A stretch of DNA of 64,000 bases. It comes from Octopus vulgaris. Taxonomy: Eukaryota. The notes under the pieces were generated by a model. That model was given only the letters and a program-made list of their open reading frames with translations. It made no database searches and had not been told where the DNA came from. Positions 1-14,438 of the stretch are shown piece after piece. The position numbers and the translations under genes are program-made. Position 1 is the stretch's first letter. Each line of letters starts with the position of its first letter. The DNA is taken from assembly GCA_951406725.2 (NCBI GenBank), contig OX597826.1:20832001-20896000 (forward strand), given 5' to 3'.

Positions 1-1105
1 AGGCAGTTCTTGAACGGCAGGGGTTTATCTTTGGCAATCTTCAAAGATCTTTTAGTAACAAGTTTCTTTTAAATCCAAACAAATAAGATTTCACTGAGAG
101 ACAGATTTTTGAATGGAAGAAGCATTGATTCACAAAACATAGGAATAAAACATGATGCAAACATGTATATAAAAATAATATAAATATAAATAAAACAGAT
201 TCGTTGTTTTTACTGCTTTCAGTCATTGGACTGTGACCATGCTGGGGCAGCACCTTCAACACACACGCACACACGCACACATGCACATGCACACACACAC
301 ACACACACATATACTAACACTGATGATGGATGCATGAACATAAACAGGCAGACAGACAGGCTTGCAAATAAATGGATGGATGGTCAGCTTGAAGGATTGA
401 TAGATTAGCTAAATAGATAAATATGGTATTGTGAGTGCAAGGATTATATATATGTGTATATATATTTCATTCTCCTCAAACACAAGATCAAATTTAATTT
501 TAATATCCACCACATACATGACCCACACACCGCCACCACCACCGCCACCACCGTCACCGACCCCCACCTAACCCTCCCCCACCAGCTGACCACTTCACCC
601 CCACCTGACCCTCCCCCACCAGCTGACCACCTCACCCCACCATCCACCAACAGCAGCAAGGGACAGCCTCTACCTGGTCACTGGATCGCAATCCCAGAAA
701 TTATAAAGGAAATACCCCTCCAAACCACACATGCACATATCTTTAAGAAACATTTGAGAAGGACAGGTTAGATAATGTAGTCCTAGATAGCCTTAGGTGT
801 CTGGTGGTCACTGCTGGAATGTTTTTCATCCTAGACTTATTTCAGAATCAGAACTGACCTCGGGTTAAACACCAACAACAATAAAAACAACAACAGTGAC
901 CAATATGAAACCCAGGGTGCAAGAGATGCTGCTGTGTTGAAGTCGGCAACCAACTGCAATAATTTTTCAAGATGGAAGTGTCAGTCGATATCGGCTGGAA
1001 TGTCTGGGGTGGACAAAAACCACCACCACCACCACCAATGACATTACCATTTCTTCGTTATCTTCTTGCTGCACAGAGAGGCACAGATTTATTGGGGCTA
1101 CAACA

Positions 1106-1380
1106 GAAGAAGAAGAAGAAGAAGAAGAAGAAGAAGAAGAAGAAGAAGAAGAAGAAGAAGAAGAAGAAGAAGAAGAAGAAGAAGAAGAAGAAGAAGAAGA
1201 AGAAGAAGAAGAAGAAGAAGAAGAAGAAGAAGAAGAAGAAGAAGAAGAAGAAGAAGAAGAAGAAGAAGAAGAAGAAGAAGAAGAAGAAGAAGAAGAAGAA
1301 GAAGAAGAAGAAGAAGAAGAAGAAGAAGAAGAAGAAGAAGAAGAAGAAGAAGAAGAAGAAGAAGAAGAAGAAGAAGAAGA
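1106..1380 (+). repeat. Pure (GAA)n trinucleotide tract, about 91 units
   Basis: Uninterrupted GAA repeat visible directly; it generates the poly-K/R/S/F ORFs at 967-1436. Confidence 0.98.
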
Positions 1381-1669
1381 GAAGATGGGCAAGAAGCGTG
1401 TCCCTCACAGTAAATGCTTCAAGCATGGCTACTTAGCTTTAATCTAACTTCCAATAACAGCTCAACAATTCCAGGACGGTTTTTTGCCTGGGATTTTTTT
1501 TTTTTTACTTCTCTTTGTTTCGTTTTTTTTTTGGTTTCTTTTGTTTTATGTCATTTTTTCCATTTCTTCTTTCTGTGACTTCTTCTCTGTCTGTCTGTCT
1601 GTCAGTCTCTCAGATCAGAAGGTGAGAAAGATGTCATCAGAAGAACTAACACAGCATAGAATACCTTCA

Positions 1670-2450
<781 letters not shown>

Positions 2451-3816
2451 GTAATGGGTTGGCCTTCTCAAAGAACTATGTATATTAGCTAAATGATCAA
2501 TGTCTTCATAAGAAATCTGTCGAAATATGGCCACTAAATGGACAAACAAAAAGGCAAAAAAATGGTAAAGAAATATTGGTAATTCTTAAGGGAATAGATT
2601 CCTGTGAGAGATAGAAGTTAGTCTTTTTTATTTCCTTCAATCTTGCCCCTTCATCTTCGACATTTTTTTATTTCTACCCTCACTCCCTTCCTCACTGCAC
2701 GCCCCCAACCCCACCATACTGACATATGTCAATCTTTTTGGTTTCCAACATTTAGAGGGGAGGGGGAGCGATTCTCCTTCCATTTCTTCACCTTCACCTT
2801 CTCTTCTTTTCATTTCTTCTTTCTTTTTTTCATCCTTTTTCTTTCTTTCTTTCATTCATTCTTTCTCTCCTCCTCCTCCTCCTCCTCCTCCTCCTCCTTC
2901 TTCTTCTTCTTCTTCTTCTTCTTCTTCTTCTTCTTCCCCTTCTTCAGCTAAAGAAGACATCACAGATTGTGGTATGGTTTTGTGCATAAAAAATAACACC
3001 AAACTTTTGTATCCTTATTATTATTACTATTATTATTATTATTGCTGTTGTTGTTGTTATTACTGTTATCCTCATTATTATTATTACATTTATTATTATT
3101 ATTAGTGTCATTATTGGTGTTGTTGTTGTTGTTATTGGTGTTATTGTTCTTTCGTTTTGTATTAACTAAACATTAACTTGTTATCTGTGTCTAACCTGAG
3201 GCAGAGAGAGGCTTAGCATCTTCACCGGCTCCACCGACCTCCTCTCCACCCCAACCCCTCCAGCATCACCCCCCCCCCCGCCATCTTCACCTAACCTGCT
3301 TCACTGCCCTTACCAGCTCTCACCCCCACCCCACCCCTGCCAACCTCACCAGCCACAGTACTTTTCTGATCATTGTGGCTTCTGGTCTGATGTGCTATTA
3401 ACACTGATCGTTCCATCATTCTCATCTCACTCTTTTATAGCTGCCAGCAATTGCCTCAACACTATTCGAGCAGAGCCACAACAAGCGCTGCTACCATTTC
3501 TTTCTTCTTCTTCTTCTTCTTCTTCTTCTTCTTCTTCTTCTTCTTCTTCTTCTTCTTCTTCTTCTTCTTCTTCTTCTTCTTCTTCTTCTTCTTCTTTATT
3601 GCTTTAATGGAATATCAAGGCTGCAGATGCAGCCATTATGCCATGTAGAGTCTTGTGCAATGGAGAATAATATCTCATGACAGCTAACATTACGGTTTCC
3701 ACAACTTTTGCAGTCTTTCCCTGGGTTCTTTTTTACTTTCGCTTCTGTATACTTGTACATACATACACACGCACGCACACACACACACAATACATACATA
3801 AATATAGGCATAAATG

Positions 3817-3861
<45 letters not shown>

Positions 3862-3917
3862 ATGTGTGTATATATGTATATATATATATATGTATATATA
3901 TATAGATATAGATATAG

Positions 3918-3954
<37 letters not shown>

Positions 3955-4208
3955 CTTATATATTATATATATGTATGTATATATATATATACACATACAT
4001 ATATATATTTATACACGCACATACATACATACATATATACACAGATTCACACATATATCCATATGGACAAGCAAAGTGAAACTTCAAAGTTACTACAAAC
4101 CATTTTTTTACCTTGTAAAAGCTATATATATATATAGATATGTATGTATATATATGTGTGTGTGTGTGTGTATGCATGTATATGTACATATTTATATATA
4201 TGTATCTA

Positions 4209-4265
<57 letters not shown>

Positions 4266-5329
4266 TCTGCTCTGTAATGTCACAGCCTAGATAGATAAGA
4301 AGAAGCCAGAGTCTAGTTTAGAACTGAAGTTTAAAGAAAGATTATCATCTGTGTGTCAATGTGTCAGTATCTTTATATTAATGTGTTGGTGTGTATATCT
4401 AGATATCAGTTTGTTTATCTGTATGCCTGTGTATGTTTGATATATCAGTGTGTTTATCTGTCAGTGTGTATGTCTAAATGTATCAGTATGTATATCTATA
4501 CATCAACATGTATGGACAACTGTACATCTGTGTATGAGTCTGTATATGCGTTATCTGTGTGTATCTCTAAGTAAATGCTAACTCTGTCACTGATGGAAGA
4601 CCATTGACAAGATGCCAGTGATTTCTTCCATGGATTTAAGCAAAATCGCTGTGAGGAATGGCTCTGAGAAGAATTTTATCACAGGTTACGAGGTGTTTTC
4701 AATAAATGCAAACATTTTTAGAAGTCCCAGGAAATGTCCAGGCCTGAGTGCAATGTATTTTGTTAACCCCCACCCCGCCTTATTAGGCATTTCTCAATGG
4801 ATTCTAATGTATGTGGTTGAGTGCTCCACAGACATATATGCCATTAATATAATTCTGAAATAGAATCACTGCAATGCTGTGTGGGACAAAACTTCCTTTG
4901 AATTCTAGGAGAAATCCACTCCTTTGTTATACACAAACTTGCTTGCTCAGTGTTAGGTGGTTGAGTATACCACAAACACTTGTGTTCTTAATGTAATTCA
5001 TAGGCAAAACCAGTGTGGTATTGAGTGTAATAAGGCTGCTCCTTTCAATTACTGGTATACTCCCTCCAAATGGGCTTCACACAGTTTCCATCAACTGAAT
5101 TCCTGTCATGAGGTCTTGGTTGACCCAAGACTTCAATAAAAGACTTCGTGCTGTCCAGTAAGATTGATCTAGAGCCCTAATGATTATGATGCAAGCAATT
5201 TTGGCTGTGCATTGCATCATCCCATATTGAATAAGGCCAGCCACAATAATGAACTCACTTGCCACGTAATTATATTAATTTGTCTGAATTCTGGTGTAAC
5301 TGTGATACCAAAATAATTCCAATGCAAAA

Positions 5330-6584
5330 ATGAAAATAACAGTGACATCACATTTTAACAGATATATTTACCAAAATTACATAAAAATATCTTGAAATAC
5401 TAAAGGGTAAATTTATTCAATAAATTTATCATTGGTTCCAACCATGACCTCCAGATGACTTTGGAATCTCCTGCAACTCTTCTGGGCGGTCTCCTTGTTT
5501 AAGTTGGTGAATGCTGTCATAATCCTTGCCTTCTGTTCATTTTTGGTGTTACAAGGAGTTTTGTTGGTCTCTTGTTCAACTGTGCCCCACACATAGTAAT
5601 CAAGGGAATTGCAGTCTGAGGAGTTAGGTGGTCTGATGTTAGGAGTGATGTTGTCACAGAAATTGACAGACAGCCATGGCTGGGTTCTCCTGCTTGTGTG
5701 GCATGGTGTAGAGTCCTGTTGCCACACATAAGGTCATCCAGCAGCCACCCTTTTGACCCAGAGTAGCACTACCTCCTCCAGGCACTTGATGTAGGCCTCT
5801 GTGTTGAGTCTGAGGCCATGTAGGAAGATTAATGGAAGCATAATGTTGCAGTCACTAGTGATCACACCATACACCATGATTTTGACTGGATGTTTGATTT
5901 TTATCACTCTCAGTACATGTTTTGGAGACCTGGCAAGGCAAAGGTTGTTCACCATCTGATCCTGGCAGAAATTTTCTCCTCTGAGAAAAACCAAAGCATG
6001 TTCAGTTGGAGGGGATGCTTGAGTTTGCTTAAAAGCTTCATAGCATCTTCTTTCGTCTTGTCCTTGATGGCTTGGGATAAAAAATTGGCCCTTTCTCATC
6101 TTGTATGAGGAATACCGAATGTTTTCATGCACTACCTGCATGATAAGAAACTCAGAAACTCACATGTCCCCAGCAATGGGCCTAACTGACTTGAAGGGAT
6201 TGTTGTCAATCATGGCCTGGATCACACCAACAAATTCAGGAGCTCTTTTCTTAACAGACCGATTAGAGTGAGTTTTCCAAGCTGCTGCACCTTTGTAATC
6301 ACCATTAGGCTCATCCTACTTTTTCTGAATCCTTTGCACTATCCTTAGATTGACACCCAAACACTCTGAAATGTTCATATTGGAGCTTCGAGTACAAATG
6401 CCAAGCAGTACAGCATGTCGTTACCAAATTTCTGGCAGAGTCAATTGCGTCATGGTGTTGTTTTTCTCACAGATGGTGTCCAACTGACCCTACTATACTG
6501 TGTAGTTAACAAAATCAAAAACAAACAATGTGCATACACAAAATTAAAAATATAAAATGGCAACAATTTACCTTTCGTACCCTG
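5330..6584 (-). mobile_element. Decayed Tc1/mariner-superfamily DNA transposon, DD37D (maT) type
   Basis: Minus-strand fragments read WFFSEEK (degenerate first D motif), IMVYGVITSD, and WQQDSTPCHT...PPNSSDCNSLDYYVWG, with 37 residues between the second and third catalytic D. The end at 6584 reads TA|CAGGGTACGAAAGG on the minus strand (TIR-like, next to TA). The transposase is frameshifted, the other TIR was not found, and the left boundary is approximate. Confidence 0.85.
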
Positions 6585-9500
6585 TATGTATTTGTATATA
6601 TATATATATGTATGTATGTATATATACATATATATATATATATAATATACTGTATCATATCCCCTGTCCAAACCAAGTCAGCAAGGGAAATATGGAGGTA
6701 GAAATGCAAAGATTAGTAACAACAGAGTGATGTGGGTATATAATGTTTATATATTGTATAATATGTAGATATTATATAATTCATAAATATTATATAATGC
6801 AGTTATACCCACCCACCCCTATACTCTGTTCCCTACATACCCACCAACCTCCAATTTCTCCTTTGCTGGAATTCAAACAGATTTTCTAATTCTTTACTCT
6901 GTCACTTCCCTTCTTAATATTTACAACTTCCCACATTTCTAAAAACCCCATTTTGGTTTTGGCTTCAGGTTAATTATTTAGAATCTGACACACAGCTATA
7001 AACTACATAAAAAAATTTTATATACTTTCTACCCTGTCTGTATATACAAATGTGCTTTTATGCAGCTATAAGTGGTTTAACTCTTATTTCTAGCAATATA
7101 TGTGTTTGTAGCATGATTAGTGATGACTAAATTTTGTTTGTACAGTTTATACTGCGCCCAACTGCCCACATTAATTTTATATGTGTGTGTGTGTGTGTGT
7201 ATTATATATAAACTATATACATAAAATATGAAGAAATATGTTAACTATATACTATAAATGAATATATAAAATGCACATATATAAACTCAATAAAGTTCAT
7301 ATGTATTTATAAACCAGGCATAAACTCTCAGTAAATGAAAATAAAATGATATAAAACAAAGTTTAACAATGGAAGATTTATTAAACTTTTCAAACAGGAT
7401 TAACATAAGATTATTCTTTAATACATAAGATATTTTGGTAAAAGCCTTTAGTTATTGAAATGATTTGGGCTTCCAAAACAAAGAAGAGGAAGGGGGTGGA
7501 GGAGGAGAAGAAGCAGGAGGAGCAGGAGAAGAAGGAGGAGGAGGAGGAGGAGGAGGAGGAGAAGAAGAAGAAGAAGAAGAAGAAGAAGAAGAAGAAGAAG
7601 AAGAAGAAGAAGATTGTTTTGAGGCTTTCTCCCAAATTCTTTGCAAAATGCTTTTGTTTCTTTTAAATCTAGAAGTTTGTTTAAGTACAAGAATGATGGA
7701 ATGTTTAGCCAATTGAAGAATCTTTGCACACAGATTGTTGTGTTGACAATGAGAATCTCCTGGCTGGACTATTTGGCAACATAAACTTGCAAACAATGTG
7801 GCGCTCGGTTGAAATTTGGAGTAACACCATGTTTTTGTGAAGTAATTCTGTCGATACAGCTTACCTGTGACTTCTGCCATGTCAACTGTTGTGTGTACTT
7901 GTTTGGAATTCCAACAAGCTGTCTTTAAACAGAATCAAAGCCATTGTCTTCACCAGAACATTCTAGACAAGACTGTTTTCTAGTGTCGCTAAATAAAACA
8001 AATGTTTAGAGAGGAGGGGCTCAATGTCTTAAAGGTTGTATTAGTATTGTCTTAATCTTACAGAATGATTTTAATCTGAACTGTGCATCCCCACCTCAGT
8101 CCTCCCCTTTCTCCACTATTGGAACTGGTCCCAACACCCCACCAACGCCACCACTTCTCCATTCCCCCCAACACCACCACTGACACCACCAATCCACCAT
8201 TTTAAGTGCAACATTTTTTTAAACTTGTTTTCTTTGTCAAGTTTTGAATAAATTTTTGTGTAACTGCTATGAGTCTGTGTGTGTGTGTGTGTGTATGTGT
8301 GTGTGTGTGTGTGTATAAGATTGTATGTTTGTATGTGCATATTTGCATGTGTATACTTGTGTGAGTTTGTGCTTGAATGTTTGAGTTTGTGTGCGTTTGT
8401 ATGTGTGTGTGTGTCTGTGTGTATTTGTATGTGTCTGCATGTGTGTCTGTGGGTATGTATGTGTGTGTATGTGTGTCCATTTTTGTATGTGTGTCCGTGT
8501 TTGTATGTGTGTGTGTGTGTTACTTTATCAATTGACTGGGAAAGAATGAAAAGCAACATTGACTTGAAGATGATTTGAACTCAAATCACAGTAGTTCAGA
8601 TCAAATACCAACAAGACACATCTTGTCCAACCCTTTAACAACTCCCCACAATTCACTGTCTTAGACTGCTGCTTTATTTATCAACCTCAGAAGGATGAAA
8701 AAGGAAAACATGACCTCAGCAAGATTTGAACTCAAAATGCCCATAACCAAATCCCATATCACGAGGTATTTTATTGGATGCTCTGCTGACTCTACCTTTC
8801 ACCATATAAAGCACTGAAATCTCATTTATCCAAGATAAATCACAACTAATTAGATTGGTGTGATCCATTGATAATATCTTCACACCTGATTAAACTATAA
8901 CAAATATTTCACAGAAACCTGTCGGAAGAAACAGCAACTTTTTTTTATTATATTCTTTGTCCAAATATTGTTTTTACCAATTAAAGACAAATTCCTTGTG
9001 TCTTTTTATTTTTTGTGATTTTCTTATAAAATCCATCCAGTTATTATAATTAGTGCAAGTCACAACATGTTTACCGATTCTGTCATAACTCAATTCTATT
9101 AGGTGCTTAGACGAGAGTAGCCATTAGACTATTAGCTGGCCGAGGTTAATAGCTTCAAATAATTCCATTGTAGTTGCCAGAATATATTTGGTAAACAGTT
9201 GTTGTTGTTTTACTAGTCATTAACAATTACAGTTTAATAAAATGAAGGAATAATTTCATTAGCTCTCATCTTCTTTCTCTCTCATTTGTTTGCCATTATT
9301 AATAAATAATATCTAATTAAAACAGACTAGATACATTGTTTTAACACTTTTATTAATGTGTCATCAAATATTTTCTTCTAAGCAGTAAAAGAAAAAACAT
9401 GAATTCAAAAAAAAATGGTAAAAAGAACAAATGATTTTTAAAAGTCTCCAGATATTTTTAAAACACATTTTGTCAAAATTGTTCATTTAATAAATTCCAG

Positions 9501-10097
9501 GAGAAATCAACTTTCCAAAGTTGATAGCTTTTATAATTTATCTATCATTTAACAAGATTTGTTTTCTATCAAATAATAATTAATTTCTTCTGAGAATGGT
9601 GTCTTACAATATTAGTACAAACACATTAGTTGGTGTTAGTTATATTATTGCTGAGAGTAACAGCTAATTTAATTAATCAACTCATTTGTCAACAACTTAT
9701 TTTTACCTCTATGAGCACCACCACTCGATTTTCCTTCCCTCCTCTCTGTATTAAGCCCCCCTTAGTAAAGAATAATGGTACTATTGGTTGAAAGCCATTT
9801 AAATGGTTCCTCATTGCTTTGGGTTCAAAAAGCACTGGTTTCATGTAACAATAAAAGATTAAGGGTCAATTTTTTACTTTATAATCTGTCCCTAAGAACC
9901 ATTAATCATTAACTCCATCAGAAGGAGTAATTAGTATAATAATGGTTTGTTTTAATTAAAGACAGGATTGATTTATTACTTTCATCAGAGGTGATTATAT
10001 TTCAATAACCATTCCCCAGTATATTACTGTTATTCGTTTTAATAATATCAGTCATTCTGATGTTGGCTGCCTCCTCAATACCCATTTCACACACACG

Positions 10098-10159
<62 letters not shown>

Positions 10160-10479
10160 TACATATGTGCATACATTCACATATGTGTGTGTGTGTGTGT
10201 TAGATGCAAAAAGCCCTGTTAAATGTCCTTCTTGTTGATAGGTTTTCTCAAACCGATGAATTAGACAAGATTTTTACTGTGTAACCAGGACCAATGCTAC
10301 AGACTGAGCTCTCTGTATGTTTGTTTTTCTTCTTTGTTTTTTCTGCTCCTAAAAATGGGTTAAAAGAACGAATTCTATTTTTACTCTGTTGATTCTTTTA
10401 ATTGGTAGGATTTCATGTTTAAATTGTTTAGAATTTATTTTTAGATATCAAACTTTTGAATTGAAAATGACAAACCAAG

Positions 10480-10800
10480 AATTTAGAAGTTTTTAAAAAT
10501 CTTTGGGAGTTGGTTCCCAGCAAATGAGTGATCAAGGAATGGAATGAGAATATATTTAGACATGTCTGGAAGTAATTAAAGGTCATTTCTGGAATTTGGA
10601 AATGTCTGGAAGTGTTTGGCAAGGATTAGAAAATTTTAGAAATATTTATAATTGTTTGAAAATGTTTAAAAGTGTTTTCTATCATTTGGAAATATCTCAG
10701 GGTCTTTGGAATCATCTGGAAGAGTTTTGAAAGTACTTCTGAATAATTGCTAGAGTCTTGAAGAGTCTGGAAATATCTGGAAGTGTGTGGAAGTATCTGT
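10480..10800. repeat. Degenerate minisatellite with roughly 10-11 bp period (GGAAATRTCT / GGAAGTGTTT-like units)
   Basis: Recurrent ctggaa/ttggaa/ttagaa units, e.g. ggaaatgtct ggaagtgttt gg and ggaaatatct ggaagtgtgt ggaagtatct. Confidence 0.6.
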
Positions 10801-11149
10801 CAGTGGAAAGAAACTGTTAAAGTTTCCCATGTCAAGTATTTGGTCTGTTAAGGTGTAAAGTAATTGCCCTGACAATAATACCTGCACAAGTTTGACAATT
10901 ACTGACTTATTCAACCCTTATTTACCCCCTGCCCCTTCCCCTCTCCACCTCACCACCACTGCCGCTGCTGCCACTACCACCACCACAGCCACCCATCAGC
11001 CGACCATCACAGCAGCCAATTTCTGCCCCTCTTCAACATTCAGAGCCCCCTTTATTATATCAGGAAAATACATTTATCAGTGACTTACACGTGGTGGTGG
11101 TGCAGGTGCTGGTGCCGGAGGTGGTAGTAGTAGTAGTAGTAGTAGTAGC

Positions 11150-11199
<50 letters not shown>

Positions 11200-11344
11200 C
11201 AGCAGCAGCAGCAGCAGCAGCAGCAGAGAGGAAGCTGCTCCCAGTGAAGACATGATGACAGGTTCCATTTGGGTTTTGTTTTCTTTGCTGTTTGTCAGTG
11301 ATTAAATTGATTTACACAGTGAAATCACTAAACATTGGCACCAG

Positions 11345-11439
<95 letters not shown>

Positions 11440-11467
11440 CCTTACGTTGTTCATTTAGCTATTTATA

Positions 11468-11511
<44 letters not shown>

Positions 11512-11632
11512 ATATCTCATTGTGTGTATACATATACATACATATATACATACATACATACATAACATACATAATATATATATATATATATATACATAGT
11601 AGATAATATATAGTATATAAATATGTATGTAT

Positions 11633-11692
<60 letters not shown>

Positions 11693-11732
11693 GCATATAT
11701 GGGTACAGGATGTCACCAACGGCAATTACAAT

Positions 11733-11822
<90 letters not shown>

Positions 11823-11840
11823 TATAATAATAATAATAAC

Positions 11841-12232
11841 AATAAGCCAGACATATTCTTAATTAAGAAAGAAAGCAAATTATGCTAGATCATAGATATA
11901 GCATGCCCAGCTGACAGCAAGGCATGTGATAAGGAAGAAAGAAAAGTTGATAGATATGACAGGTTAGCTTGGAAGGTTAAGCAGTTGTGGTCACTCAAAA
12001 AAGTGGTAGTAGCACCAATAATTGTCGGAGCCCTGGGTACAGTGAGTAAAAATCTTGAGAAGTACATCGAACAAATAGGGGTTGCAATAAGGGTGGAGCT
12101 CTTGCAGAAAACAGCACTGCTTGGAATCGCTGGAAGGTGCTCAAAAACTAAGAGGTGTTACCTTAGTTCACTGGTAGTGAACAGTTGACACTGTAGTCCA
12201 TCTCCAGCATTAGAAGCTGTGCAAAGACAATG
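11841..12232 (+). mobile_element. 5'-truncated R4/Dong-like non-LTR retrotransposon (restriction-like endonuclease end plus 3' UTR)
   Basis: Reads KPDIFLIKKESKLC*IIDIACPAD...KVDRYDRLAWKVKQLWSLKKVVVAPIIVGALGTVSKNLEKYIEQIG...LQKTALLG, a PD-(D/E)xK RLE C-terminus typical of the R4 clade. (AAT)n flanks both sides. Confidence 0.8.
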
Positions 12233-12264
12233 AATAATAATAATAATAATAATATTCTTTTTTT

Positions 12265-12420
12265 ACTATAGGCACAAGGTTTGCAGTTTTGGGGAGGGAG
12301 TTTGTAGATTACATAAACCCTAGTATGCAACTGGTACTTATTTTATCAACTCTCAAAAGGATGGAAGGCAAAGTTGTCCATGATGGCATTTGAATTCAGA
12401 ATATAAAGACAAACGAAATG
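12265..12420 (-). mobile_element. tRNA-derived SINE, family A (body ...ttctgagttcaaat...gactttgcctttcatcc...aagtaccag)
   Basis: Matches copies at 49595-49806, 53150-53340, 53810-54185 and 62130-62330; weaker copies lie near 8680-8800, 21920-22030 and 35490-35620. Confidence 0.7.
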
Positions 12421-12526
12421 CCCCTGCTTCATCTTGATAAATATACACAGATAATAATAATGTTTGTGTGTGTGTGTGTGTGTGTGTGTGCGTGCATGTG
12501 TGTGTGTGTGTGTGCATGTATGTGTG

Positions 12527-12557
<31 letters not shown>

Positions 12558-12580
12558 GTATATATATATGTATGTGTATA

Positions 12581-12647
<67 letters not shown>

Positions 12648-13666
12648 TTTTATATATGTATGTATATATATATGTATATGTGTATGTGTATAGTTATATA
12701 TATGCATGTATGCATGAGTGTCACAATCTGTCCCAAAGTCAGCAAGCTATTATCCATGTCTGTGGGACACATTGAATAACATAACCTAGATACACAAAGT
12801 CCAAAGTAAAGAAGGGATGGTCATGTCCAGAATATATTTAATGCTAAGTCTGTTCTGTGAGGGAAAGTCTGGAGCGAAACAACACCTGAGGATATAAGGG
12901 ATTACTGTTGGGGGAGGGAGTGATTGGGGTTCAGTCCACTAGAAAATAAAAATGGATACCTCCAAATAAACTATGTCTCACATGCTAAAATGGAAATGAA
13001 ATACAAAATACCAGGATGAGAAACTCTAATACAGCTCCATTGAAATATATAAATTATGTCCATGAGCCATTCAGTCTAACCTGCTAGCCTTTCTGGTGTG
13101 GCAATAGAATAACTGGTGGTTGCTATTTCTACCCTTAAAGAAATCCTGCTTTAATGAAGAACCAGACATCACAAGTTAAACCCTCAGCAATCACCAGTTC
13201 CAGCCTTCTGTTAAATACACTAGGGCACTATGAAATGAAGTATCTGTCTCGAGGACACAGGGCACTGCCTAGCCCAGCAATTGAAACTATGCTAAACCCA
13301 ACTGCCATGGGTCTCCTAGCATATGCATATTTACTGCAAGGCTGCACATCATTACATGTGACACTAAATATAAATATGTGATAGATCTTGCATCACAAAA
13401 AACGTTACCGACACACTAAATAAATGAGATATTTTATATATATATAATTATATATATTATTATATATATATAATATCTCATATAAATATATATATATACA
13501 CACATACACACACATATACATACACATATGTTTGTATGTATGTATAATTATATATAGCAACATTTATTAAATATTTCATCTTTTCTACTTCTGATTGTTA
13601 CATATTTTTTTATGATGGAGTTTCCACAATGAGAATATTTTATGTCACTTGATGATGATGATGATG

Positions 13667-13729
<63 letters not shown>

Positions 13730-14048
13730 TTGTTATCATTTTGCTATTTTTCTTAAATAAAACTTCAACGAAATATAAACTGCTTCATTTCTGTTGTTTC
13801 AATATTTTTCTTATTTTAAGTTTTAATAATTTACTCACAGAAGTTTGGCATATTTTCACAGAATTCTTATTTAGATAACATCTCACATAAATTCGTTCCA
13901 TAGAAATCAATCAAGAATCAAAACAGAATGATAGATTTTTCTGGGTTTTTTTTCTTTTTTCTAAAGCACAATTATATCTTCTGTGGTTTAAAACGTCAAC
14001 AAAAAACCCAACTCTATGATTATTATTATTGTTATTATTATTATTACT

Positions 14049-14086
<38 letters not shown>

Positions 14087-14383
14087 TATTATTAACAGAA
14101 TGGAGAATTATCTCTTTATTTGCCAGTAGTTTAACCATTCTGTTTTACAAGGAACGCAATTTGTTTTCTCATAGATTTCGTTTTGTTTAAATTAATTTCT
14201 TTTTAGTTACTTTCATTCATTGTTTCTTTACCCTTTTTTATTTTGTTTCCATTTTAAAAAAGGAAAATGTTTTTCTTTAAATGTTCGAAGTAAAATACTT
14301 TCTCTCAGCAGTTTTTTCCTTTTATGTTTGCATAATTTAATTGCCATGAAATTCACCATTGCCACATTTAAACCATTTACTTG

Positions 14384-14438
<55 letters not shown>

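Noticed and set aside
500-660. C-rich Pro/Thr ORF (454-771) with duplicated ccctcccccaccagctgaccac
   Set aside because: Low-complexity CCA/CCC repeat with no splice evidence; at most a G-quadruplex-prone patch on the minus strand.
967-1436. Long poly-K/R/S/F ORFs
   Set aside because: They are translations of the (GAA)n tract. The same applies to the many [18 protein letters not shown] ORFs across the window.
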